The position numbers were made by a program, and so were the translations under genes. The notes beneath the pieces were generated by a model that had not been told where the DNA came from, did not search any database, and saw only the letters and a program-made list of their open reading frames with translations. This document shows, piece by piece, positions 12,600 to 24,057 of a stretch of DNA of 35,314 nt. Source of the stretch: Nemertoderma westbladi (lineage: Eukaryota; Animalia; Xenacoelomorpha); contig JAUCBJ010005319.1 of the NCBI GenBank assembly GCA_032718475.1, positions 1 through 35,314 on the forward strand, given 5' to 3'. Position 1 is the first letter of the stretch. Every line of letters starts with the position of its first letter.

Positions 12600-13825
12600 T
12601 TTCTCATTTCACAGCCATCAGACTTCAATGACTTACAAATTATCTCTCAAGTTATCACAGCCTCTGCAACTGCTAATACCCGGGGGTGATCCCCCCCGCC
12701 AGTCCCAGATTACCATTCTTAGTGAGCTAAAATCCAGTGCCGCTCAGAAGCTTACGAACAAGTGCACCCGACTGGACTCGCAACTGAGTGACGAGCTCAA
12801 ATACCAACATATGTTGACCAGAGAGAAGAGTGCATCAGTCTGGCTAACAGCCCTTCCAATCCAAAAGCTGGGAATATCTCTCCATAAAACTTCATTCCGG
12901 GACAGTCTTAGCTTAAGATATGGGTGGGAGCCAGACCGCGTTCCATCAACCTGCACATGTGGTGCCACCTTCTCGGTAACTCATTCTCTTCACTGCCCAA
13001 CAGGTGGCTTTACAATAGTCAGACATAATGAAATAAGGGATTTTCTAGCCGAGGTTCTCAACTAAGTCGCCTCAGACGTGGAAACGGAGCCGCATTTACA
13101 GCCACTAGACGGGGAACAGTTTAGACTGCGGTCAACCTCAGTCTCACCCGACACGCGACTGGATATTGCAGCTAGTGGAGTTTGGGGAGGGAGGTTCGAA
13201 AGAGTTTATATAGATGTTAAGGTTTTCAATCCTTTGTGCCCTACCAACCCGCATACAACCGAGGCAGCTTATCATAAGCATGAATCTGAGAAGAGGCGAA
13301 AGTATGAAGAAAGGATTAATATGGTGGAACAAGCTGGGTTCTGCCCGTTTGTGGTGGCGGCAACAGGGGGTTACAGCCGTTCAGCTCATGCCTTCTTGAA
13401 CAGAATGGCACTGTTGCTTTCGGCGAAGAGGAATTCCCCTTACCCAGAAACCATAAATTTGTTGCGCACCCGATTAGGTTTCACCCTTTTGCGGTCTGCC
13501 AGCATGTGCATCCGAGGATCTAGGTCCCACAGGACGAGAGTAGCACGATTAGCGGACACGGGAATCCGATCAGCAGTCTCCTCGGCCGGCCTGGAGTCAG
13601 GGTAGCTCGTGAGGGTCTCGAGGCTCTGGAGAAGGATTACGAGGAGGTCGGAGTTGACAGTGGCGGAGTCGAAGATGAGGAAGGAGAGGAGGAATACTAG
13701 ATGAAACCTTTACAAACTCTATTCAATCAGCCGTTATTTCTAGAACAAGTAGATTAGTGTTATATCTTAAATCTGTGTTGATATATTAGTATTATTGAAT
13801 TCATTATATTATCAAAAAAAAAAAA
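12600..13825 (+). mobile_element. 5'-truncated non-LTR retrotransposon with restriction-like endonuclease, CRE-like; 5' boundary approximate
   Basis: ORFs 12448-13065 and 13078-13605 share a frame, separated by one TAA. Motifs: ASVWLTALP, FRDSLSLRYG, zinc knuckle CTC-x8-HSLHC, RHNEIRD, RLDI...YIDVKV, EKRRKY, PFVVAATGG. A 3' UTR and A12 tail (13814-13825) follow. Confidence 0.85.
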
Positions 13826-14784
13826 TGTATTGTTCAAAGTGAATTCAAATCATTATGGCTAATTTTACTCGCGGTATTTTTACTCTCGATATTTTTACTC
13901 TCGATATTTTTACTCCCGATATTTTTACTCCCGATATTTTTCAATATACCCTTAATCACATTACTGTAGGCCAACAGCTGCAACCATACACGTTCTCTGG
14001 GGCCTTCGCGAAGCACGAGGCTCATTTATGAGACAAATTCATATTGAACAATGATTCTATCATAAAATAAGTATTAAATAAATTTGACCAAACCGCCAAC
14101 AGATCAAAGAGGGGAAGGTCCTCCCCTTCAACGGTCCTCTTAATCTCCGCACAGAGGGTGTGTAGTCGTGAGATTGATGATAGAAAATGAAATTGACAGA
14201 TAATTTGTGTTTTATAAGTAATACTGTACTGTTCAGTAGTAGGCGACACAATTTGTCAGAAATATTAAAACTTACCTTATGCCGATGTAGCATTGATACT
14301 TAAATATTATTAAATTAATTTACCATCTAAATGCCTCAACAAAATAATTTAGCTAATTCTAAATAATCACCATTAAATACCCGAAGTTAATCATTTTGCG
14401 AAATAAACAATTTTGAATCTCTTCCTAAGATTGAATAAGCAAAACTGTCATTTAGTCTCTGGCTGTCCTATGTGATTCCGGAATTACCTGATTCCGTGTG
14501 GGTGAGGAATAGCTAACAATTCGATAAAAGCTATCGTTCATTACCCAGTATTAATATATACCGGTAATTAGTGAAGTAGAAACTTGAGTATCAAATAATT
14601 ACGAATCTTATTTATTTATCGAGTTTCATGTTCGGCTAATCTGAGTGTCCCAATCCTAGACCAGTCACCCCCTTGGTCTGAAAATTTGCGAGTGACCTTA
14701 TATTTGGCCTGTGTTTGTGGTTATGGTCAAAAAATATGAAAATCGTTAGAGCCTTTTTAAATTTTATCTCTCAGTCACTCACTC

Positions 14785-15074
14785 GGTGCATCTGAGCGCT
14801 TTACAAACTCGTTCGAACGAGTTTACAAAACTCAGGGAAACAAATCGAATTGGCTAGAGTGGTTTCTATAACAAATACTATTACAAAAAACAAACTTTTG
14901 TTTTCCTGAGTTTTGAAAAGTCGTTCAAACGAGTTTGCAAAAGTTGTGGAAACAAACTTTATTGGGTGTTTGTTGTTATACAAACAATTAATTCGATTTT
15001 GCAAACTCGTTTGAACAACTTTACAAAACTCGGAGAAACAGAAACATATACAAAACTGGTCGCTCAGGGCCACC
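14785..15074. mobile_element. Small MITE-like element with internal inverted repeats
   Basis: Imperfect termini GGTGCATCTGAGCG and CGCTCAGGGCCACC (11/14 complementary). Internal palindrome aaactcgttcgaacgagttt and inverted pair aaaactcagggaaacaaa / tttgttttcctgagtttt. The motif ctcaRtcactcactc occurs on both flanks. Confidence 0.45.
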
Positions 15075-18000
15075 ATACTCAATCACTCACTCATTGCCAC
15101 CATACTCAGTCACTCACTCAGGGCCACCATACTCAGTCACTCACTCAGGGCCACCATACTCAGTCACTCACTCAGGGCCACCATACTCAGTCACTCACTC
15201 ATTGCCAGGGCTACCATACTCAGTCACTCACTCATTTTCAGGCCCACCATACTCAGTCACTCACTCATTGCCACCATACTCAGTCAATCACTCATTGCCA
15301 GGGCCACCATACGCAGTCAATCACTCATTGCCACCATACTCAGTCACTCACTCATTGCCAGGCCCACCATACGCAGTCAATCACTCATTGCCACCATACT
15401 CAGTCACTCACTCATTGCCAGGGCTACCATACTCAGTCACTCACTCATTTTCAGGCCCACCATTCTCAGTCACTCACTCATTGCCACCATACTCAGTCAA
15501 TCACTCATTGCCAGGGCCACCATACGCAGTCACTCACTCATTGCCAACATACTCAGTCAATCACTCATTGCCAGGGCCACCATACGCAGTCAATCACTCA
15601 TTGCCAACATACTCAGTCACTCACTCATTGCCAGGGCTACCATACTCAGTCACTCACTCATTTTCAGGCCCACCATACTCAGTCACTCACTCATTGCCAC
15701 CATACTCAGTCAATCACTCATTGCCAGGGCCACCATACGCAGTCAATCACTCATTGCCAACATACTCAGTCACTCACTCATTGCCAGGGCTACCATACTC
15801 AGTCACTCACTCATTTTCAGGCCCACCATACTCAGTCACTCACTCATTGCCACCATACTCAGTCAATGCCAGGGCCACCATACGCAGTCAATCACTCATT
15901 GCCAACATACTCAGTCACTCACTCATTGCCACCATACTCAGTCACTCACTGATTGCCAGGCCCACCATACTCAGTCACTCACTCATTGCCACTATTCCCA
16001 GTCACTCACTCAGCTCAGGGCCACCATACTCAGTCACTCACTCATTGCCACTATTCCCAGTCACTCACTCAGCTCAGGACCACCATACTCAGTCACTCAC
16101 TCATTGCCACCATACTCAGTCAATCACTCATTGCCAGGGCCACCATACGCAGTCAATCACTCATTGCCAGGGCTACCATACTCAGTCACTCACTCATTTT
16201 CAGGCCCACCATACTCAGTCACTCACTCATTGCCACCATACTCAGTCAATCACTCATTGCCAGGCCCACCATACGCAGTCAATCACTCATTGCCACCATA
16301 CTCAGTCACTCACTCATTGCCAAGGCTACCATACTCAGTCACTCACTCATTTTCAGGCCCACCATACTCAGTCACTCACTCATTGCCACCATACTCAGTC
16401 AATCAGTCATTGCCAGGGCCACCATACGCAGTCAATCACTCATTGCCAACATACTCAGTCACTCACTCATTGCCAGGGCTACCATACTCAGTCACTCACT
16501 CATTGCCACCATACTCAGTCACTCACTCATTGCCAGGGCTACCATACTCAGTCACTCACTCATTTTCAGGCCCACCATACTCAGTCACTCACTCATTGCC
16601 ACCATACTCAGTCAATCACTCATTGCCAAGGCCACCATACGCAGTCAATCACTCATTGCCAACATACTCAGTCACTCACTCATTGCCAGGGCTACCATAC
16701 TCAGTCACTCACTCATTTTCAGGCCCACCATACTCAGTCACTCACTCATTGCCACCATACTCAGTCAATCACTGATTGCCAGGCCCACCATACTCAGTCA
16801 CTCACTCATTGCCACTATTCCCAGTCACTCACTCAGCTCAGGGCCACCATACTCAGTCACTCACTCATTGCCACTATTCCCAGTCACTCACTCAGCTCAG
16901 GGCCACCATACTCAGTCACTCACTCATTTTCAGGCCCACCATACTCAGTCACTCACTCATTGCCACCATACTCACTCAATCACTCATTGCCAGGGCCACC
17001 ATACGCAGTCAATCACTCATTGCCAGGGCTACCATACTCAGTGACTCACTCATTGCTACCATACTCAGTCACTCACTCATTTTCAGGCCCACCATACTCA
17101 GTCACTCACTCATTGCCACCATACTCACTCAATCACTCATTGCCAGGGCCACCATACGCAGTCAATCACTCATTGCCAGGGCTACCATACTCAGTCACTC
17201 ACTCATTTTCAGGCCCACCATACTCAGTCACTCACTCATTGCCACCATACTCAGTCAATCACTCATTGCCAGGGCCACCATACGCAGTCAATCACTCATT
17301 GCCACCATACTCAGTCACTCACTCATTGCCAGGGCTACCATACTCAGTCACTCACTCATTTTCAGGCCCACCATACTCAGTCACTCACTCATTGCCACCA
17401 TACTCAGTCAATCACTCATTGCCAGGGCCACCATACGCAGTCAATCACTCATTGCCAACATACTCAGTCACTCACTCATTGCCAGGGCTACCATACTCAG
17501 TCACTCACTCATTTTCAGGCCCACCATACTCAGTCACTCACTCATTGCCACCATACTCAGTCAATGACAGGGCCACCATACGCAGTCAATCACTCATTGC
17601 CAACATACTCAGTCACTCACTCATTGCCACCATACTCAGTCAATCACTCATTGCCAGGGCCACCATACGCAGTCAATCACTCATTGCCAGGGCTACCATA
17701 CTCAGTCACTCACTCATTTTCAGGCCCACCATACTCAGTCACTCACTCATTGCCACCATACTCAGTCAATCACTCATTGCCAGGGCCACCATACGCAGTC
17801 AATCACTCATTGCCACCATACTCAGTCACTCACTGATTGCCAGGCCCACCATACTCAGTCACTCACTCATTTTCAGGCCCACCATACTCAGTCACTCACT
17901 CATTGCCAGGGCCACCATACTCAGTCACTCACTCATTGCCACCATACTCAGTCAATCGCTCATTGCCAGGGCCACCATACGCAGTCAATCACTCATTTCC

Positions 18001-19908
18001 ACCATACTCAGTCACTCACTGATTGCCAGGCCCACCATACTCAGTCACTCACTCATTTTCAGGCCCACCATACTCAGTCACTCACTCATTGCCAGGGCCA
18101 CCATACTCAGTCACTCACTCATTGCCACCATACTCAGTCAATCACTCATTGCCAGGGCCACCATACGCAGTCAATCACTAATTTCCACCATACTCAGTCA
18201 CTCACTCATTGCCACTATTCCCAGTCACTCACTCAGGGCCACCATACTCAGTCACTCACTCAGGGCCACCATACTCAGTCAATCACTCATTGCCAGGGCC
18301 ATCATACTCAGTGACTCACTCATTGCCACCATACTCAGTCAATCACTCATTTCCACCATACTCAGTCAATCACTCATTGCCAGGGCCATCATACTCAGTG
18401 ACTCACTCATTGCCACCATACTCAGTCAATCACTCATTTCCACCATACTCAGTCACTCACTCATTTTCAGGCCCACCATACTCAGGCACTCACTCATTTT
18501 CAGGCCCACCATACTCAGTCACTCACTCATTGCCACCATACTCAGTCAATCACTCATTGCCAGGGCCACCATACGCAGTCAATCACTCATTGCCACCATA
18601 CTCAGTCACTCACTGATTGCCAGGCCCACCATACTCAGTCACTCACTCATTGCCACTATACTCAGTCACCCACTCAGGGCCACCGTACTCAGTCACTCAC
18701 TCAGGGCCACCATACTCAGTCACTCACTCATTGCCAGGGCCATCATACTCAGTGACTCACTCATTGCCACCATTCTCAGTCACTCACTCAGCTCATGGCC
18801 ACCATACTCAGTCACTCACTCATTGCCAGGGCCATCATACTCAGTGACTCACTCATTGCCACCATTCTCAGTCACTCACTCAGCTCAGGGCCACCATACT
18901 CAGTCACTCACTCATTGCCAGGGCCATCATACTCAGTGACTCACTCATTGCCACCATACTCAGACAATCACTCATTTCCACCATACTCAGTCACTCACTC
19001 ATTGCCACTATACTCAGTCACCCACTCAGGGCCACCGTACTCAGTCACTCAGCTCAGGGCCACCATACTCAGTCACTCACTCATTGCCAGGGCCATCATA
19101 CTCAGTGACTCACTCATTGCCACCATTCTCAGTCACTCACTCAGCTCAGGGCCACCATACTCAGTCACTCACTCATTGCCAGGGCCATCATACTCAGTGA
19201 CTCACTCATTGCCACCATACTCAGACAATCACTCATTTCTACCATACTCAGTCACTCACTCATTGCCACTATACTCAGTCACCCACTCAGGGCCACCATA
19301 CTCAGTCACTCACTCAGGGCCACCATACTCAGTCACTCACTCATTGCCAGGGCCACCATACTCAGTCCGTGGTCACTCCGCCGCCCGGTACCCCATCTGT
19401 GGTGACTCCGCCGCCCGTCAGCCCATCTGTGGTGACTCCGCCGCCCGTCACCCCATCTGTGGTGACTCCACCGCCAGATACCCCGCCCATGGCGACTCCA
19501 CCACCCGGTACCCCATCCGTGGCGACACCACCGCCCGGTACCCTGTCTGTGGCGACTCCGCCGCCCGGTATCCCGTCCATGGCAACTCCGTCACCTGGTA
19601 CCCCATCCGTGGTGACTCCACCACCCGGTACCCCATCCATGGCGATACTCAGTCACCCACTCAGGGCCACTGTACTCAGTCACTCACTCAGGGCCACCAT
19701 ACTCAGTCACTCACTCATTGCCACTATTCCCAGTCACTCTCTCAGGCCCACCATACTCAGTCAATCACTCATTTTCAGGCCCACCATACTCAGTCACTCA
19801 CTGATTGCCACCATACTCAGTCACTCACTCCTTGCCACCATACTCAGTCACTCACTCAGGGCCACCATACTCAGTCACTCACTCATTGCCAGGGCCATCA
19901 TACTCAGT
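15063..19908. repeat. CA-rich minisatellite with core GCCACCATACTCAGTCACTCACTCATT (27 bp) and 33-bp variants (+GCCAGG or TTCAGG), interrupted at 19367-19645 by the 30-bp repeat
   Basis: Directly visible, over 4.5 kb. Occasional out-of-phase units cause the frame switches seen in the ORF track. Confidence 0.97.
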
Positions 19909-20915
19909 CCGTGGTCACTCCGCCGCCCGGTACCCCATCCGTGGCGACTCTGCCACCCAGTATCCCATCCATGGCGACTCCACCTGTTACCCCATCTGTG
20001 AGGACTTCACCGCCCAGTACCCCATCCGTGGTGACTCCATCACCCGGTACCCCATCCGTGGTGACTCCACCGCCCAGTACCCTGTCTGTGGCGACTCTGC
20101 TTCATTGTACCCCATCCGTGGTGACTCCGCCACCCGGTACCCTGTCTGTGGTGACTCCTCCGCCCGGTACCCCATCTGTGGTGACTCCGCCGCCCGGTAC
20201 CCCGTCCATGGTGACTCCGCCGCCCAGTACCCTGTCTGTGGCGACTCCGCTGCACGGTACCCCATCCGTGGTGACTCCGCTGCACGGTACCCCATCCGTG
20301 GTGACTCCGCCACCTGGTACCCTGCCTGTGGCGACTCCGCTGCACGGTACCCCATCCGTGGTGACTCCGCCACCTGGTACCCTGTCTGTGGCGACTCCGC
20401 TGCACGGTACCCCATCCGTGGCGACTCCGCTGCACAGTACCCCCATCCGTGGCGACTCCACCGACCGTCACCCCATTTGTGGTGACACCACCACCCGTCA
20501 CCCCACCTGTGGTGACTCCGCCGCCCGGTACCCCGTCCATGGTGACTCCGCCGCCCAGTACCCTGTCTGTGGCGACTCCACTGCACGGTACCCCATCCGT
20601 GGTGACTCCGCCACCCGGTACCCTGTCTGTGGCGACTCCTCCACCCGGTACCCCCTCCGTGGCGACTCCGCCACCCAGTACCCCGTCCGTGGCGACTCTG
20701 CTACCCAGTACCCCGTCCGTGGCGACTCCACCGCCCGGTACCCTGTCTGTGGCGACTCCGCCGCCCGGTACCCCATCCGTGGTGACTCCACCGCCCTGTA
20801 CCCTGTCTGTGGCGACTCCGCCGCCCGGTACCCCATCCGTGGTGACTCCGCCACCCGGTACCCTGCCTGTGGCGACTCCGCCGCCCGGTACCCCATCCAT
20901 GGCGACTCCACCGTC
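19367..20915. repeat. GC-rich 30-bp minisatellite (GTGGYGACTCCGCCGCCCGGTACCCCATCC) in two blocks, 19367-19645 and 19909-20915
   Basis: 30-bp period with more divergent units. It runs directly into the CR1 endonuclease sequence. Confidence 0.95.
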
Positions 20916-20949
20916 TCCACCGCATGGGACCTCACCAGTGCTGGTATTC

Positions 20950-22850
20950 ATGGACACAAAGCAGCTTCATATTCTCTACACAACGCGGACTCCTTGCGCA
21001 ACAAACTCCATGATCTACAAACACGGGATTTCAAGTTTCGAACCTGACATTATCGCAATAACTGAAGTTTTGCCTAACTCTGGATGGATATAATAGTGAA
21101 CATCAAAATCTCGATGATACATCCTGCCATCGTGGAATTATAATCTACACAAAAAAGAATAGTGGTGGAACCTGCACAGACTTACGTACTATCAAACCAG
21201 TGCAGTGAGTTTTCTAAGATTGTAATGATCAAATACAACTATCTTTATCAAGACAAAGAAGAAACATATATTTTTAGTTGCATTTATCGTAGTCCTAACT
21301 CCTGCTCCCACAATAATAAAGAGTTAATCAACTGTATTAATGATAATGTGCAAAGACCACAACCCTACACAAATAATATTAGTTGGCGATTTCAATATGT
21401 CTGATACACAATGGACTACTTTACAAACGCCAAACGAGTCAAACGAGAAAGAATAAGAACTTCTTTGCTGTTTTCAAGATAACTACTTGAGCCAACACGT
21501 CGACCAACCAACTCGCCTCCGTGAAGGCAACACTCCACGTATCCTGGACTTAGTCCTAACATCTGAGTGTGACATGGTTGATAACATTTCTTATACATCA
21601 CCCGTTGGCGCAAATGACCATGTTGTACTGGAGATAAGTTTGACCTGCTTGAAGGTCCACCACCAGTTACAACAGAATATAAAGTGTTATCCAAAGCAAA
21701 CTATAGCGCAAAGGCGACCTACTGTATATCAAGTCTTTCAACTGGATAGAAATTATATATCCAATGGATACTACAGAGGCATGTGCGTTTTTATATAAAT
21801 CTCTTAACTATTGTATTCATAACTACATACCCGTTAAAAAATATCGATCACACAACTATCCAAAATGGATGACTAAGGACCGCAAGGTCATTGCACTGGA
21901 AAAATCTGCATGGCGAAACTTCCGCAGAACAGATTCAACAGACGTAATATTTGCAATGATATTGTAATAAAATCCAAACAAGATTACGAGCGCTCACTGG
22001 CATTGGCAGCTAGCAAAGACCCTAAACAGTTCTGGAAATTTGTACGGTCTAAAACGAAGTCTCGCGGGACAATAGCTTCACTGAAAGACAAACAAGGTAA
22101 TATTGCAACATCTAACGTCGTTAAAGCAGAAGCTTTGAATCAGCAATATTTTTCTACATTTACTACCGCGGACACAGATACTGTTCCTGATATATCGAAC
22201 TCCGTGCCAGAAGCACATATGCACATAGGAAGGACAAACCCCAAATTTTCGTACACACTAGGAGATCACTAGGAGACCGGCATCACCTTGCCGAAACCAC
22301 AACAGAAAAAGATCTCGGTGTTTACTTCAAAAACGATCTCCATTTCGGTACTCACATCGCCAAGCCAAGATGGTCAAGAAAGCAAACTGCCACCTCGGCT
22401 TGATATACCGCAGCTTTAGCCATATAGATGGTGATATAAGAGTATGGTTCGCCCTGTTCTAGAATACTCATCAGTGGTTTGGTCTCCAAAGAAAATAGGC
22501 GAAATGAGACTCATTGGGGGAGTGCAACGCCGTGCGACTTGACTTGTTAAAGGTCTCCACGACCTCGATTACCCATCACGTCTTCGTAAGCTGGGCCTAC
22601 CAACGTTGGAATATCGGCGTCACCGCGCCAATATGATCCAGGTCTACAAACTACTGACGGGCCTCGATAACGCGCATTATCGCACCTACTTCACGCTGGA
22701 TCCCTCTAGTCGCCGCGGCCACTCTCTGAAGTTATTTAAACCTCGGGCGCGTCTTGCGCTATGTAACGAGACGTTTAGCTTTCGAGTAATCGATGTCTGG
22801 AACCGTTTACCGTTTCATCACCGACACTGAAGACATTTAAAGCAAGGCTC
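20950..22850 (+). mobile_element. Decayed CR1-clade LINE ORF2 (APE endonuclease, linker and C-terminus; RT core missing)
   Basis: Frameshifted motifs in order: ILYT/NADSLRNK, PDIIAITEV, CIYRSPNS, GDFN, QHVDQPTR..ILDLVLT, ANDH, PKQFWKFVRSK, KAEALNQQYFSTFT, then MHIGRTN, EKDLGV, RPVLEYSSVVWSP, VQRRAT, LEYRR, RGHSLKL, RVIDVWNRLP. Confidence 0.9.
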
Positions 22851-23524
22851 ATTTTAATTTATAGCGCCACGTTCGTATTTTTTATGTATTTAACAATTAT
22901 TACTTAATTTTAATTTTATGGAAACATTTTTTAAACTTGTTAACATTGTTTTTTTACTTAATTGCCATAATCTGCTAAGGTCGTAATTAATTTATCATAT
23001 AATTACAAAATAATATTGTCATTTGTTGTCTTAAATATGGTCAATTGCTGTCAATCCAATTTTTATTTCTTTTGTTTTCATCTTATTTTTTTATACATAT
23101 AAATAATTTTACTTAAAATTCTGCGCGTGCATAATAATTCGTTTATAGACTGCTTTATCAGACCAACGGCTGCTAAAACGCCACATTCGTATTTATAAGG
23201 GGTCAAAACAGAAAAGTGGTCACAACAACATTTCTGATTTTCATTGTATAAATTGTCTCCATTTTATTTTAACCTACTGTATATTCATTATGTTAACCTT
23301 CCATATTTTATTCATTATGTACTGTATATCTCGCTCATATATTTTACTCTATTTTACGGTACCAACATCTATAGTATCTAGTATATACAGTATCTATATA
23401 TTTTATTCCTACCAGGTTGTCAGTCACCTACGTTTACTTTCATTATCGATTTATGGGTGCTAAAAGTGCATACTTTTCTCATCACCCTTTAAACTATTAA
23501 ACTATGATTTTTCACCAAACTTTA

Positions 23525-23660
23525 CAAATTTTCTAAACTTTACCTCAACTACCTATCTAAATGTACCTACAAAGTTTGGTTCAATTCCGAACCAGCGATG
23601 CCGAGAAATTCGCGCTCAAACATTTTCTTGACAGACGGACGTGTCCCCCTTCCTCTACTG
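23525..23660. mobile_element. Possible degenerate Helentron/DINE-like non-autonomous fragment
   Basis: tacctacaaagtttggttcaattcc...gagaaatt followed by GACAGACGGAC resembles the core plus microsatellite of such elements. Recognised by motif memory only. Confidence 0.3.
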
Positions 23661-23979
23661 TATAAGCCGTATGCCAACGCCAGCAGTGCTAACCAATTTC
23701 AATATAAAGTGGAATTTTAACTTTATCCATTAAAAACATACAGTATTTCTTAAAGCAAATCACTTAAACTAATTAAAAACTATAATAAGTACAATTAATT
23801 TAATCTTAGTAGAAAATAAATAAATTGCCATGAAAGGTCACTCTGAGAATGCCGTTTTTACCGCAATTAACATAATTAACTACAGTAATTAACTGCTTTT
23901 TATCTTAGATTCCCGAAGGCCACACGCAAATTCAACTTGGAAAATTGAGAAACCTTTGCCAGACTACTGCGTACATGGC

Positions 23980-24057
23980 GTGTACTGTCTGACTGTAGGT
24001 AACACGTTTGGTTAGATTTCATCGACGATTGACTGAGTTATTCATATTTAAATATTC
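23980..24057 (+). repeat. 78-bp target-site duplication, left copy (right copy 25956-26033)
   Basis: gtgtactgtctgactgtagg...catatttaaatattc is identical on both sides of the RTE element. Confidence 0.95.

Larger units (their letters stand above)
11082..13950. mobile_element. Foldback-type DNA element with TIRs built from 15-bp tandem repeats and an 8-bp TSD (Merlin- or MULE-like)
   Basis: CTTAATCA direct repeat at 11074-11081 and 13951-13958. Termini GGTAT...ATACC. The 15-bp unit is forward at 11110-12385 and reverse-complemented at 13862-13943. Confidence 0.7.

Noticed and set aside
14966-19366. His-rich or Pro-Tyr-rich structural or adhesive protein (1281-aa ORF and others)
   Set aside because: The peptide type switches frame repeatedly within single ORFs, all three plus frames are largely open, and there is no signal peptide or clear splice boundary. 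Only RNA-seq could revive it.
19369-20930. Mucin/extensin-like (TPPPGTPSVV)n host exon
   Set aside because: Frameshifts within the array, interleaving with another satellite, and direct continuity with a decayed CR1.
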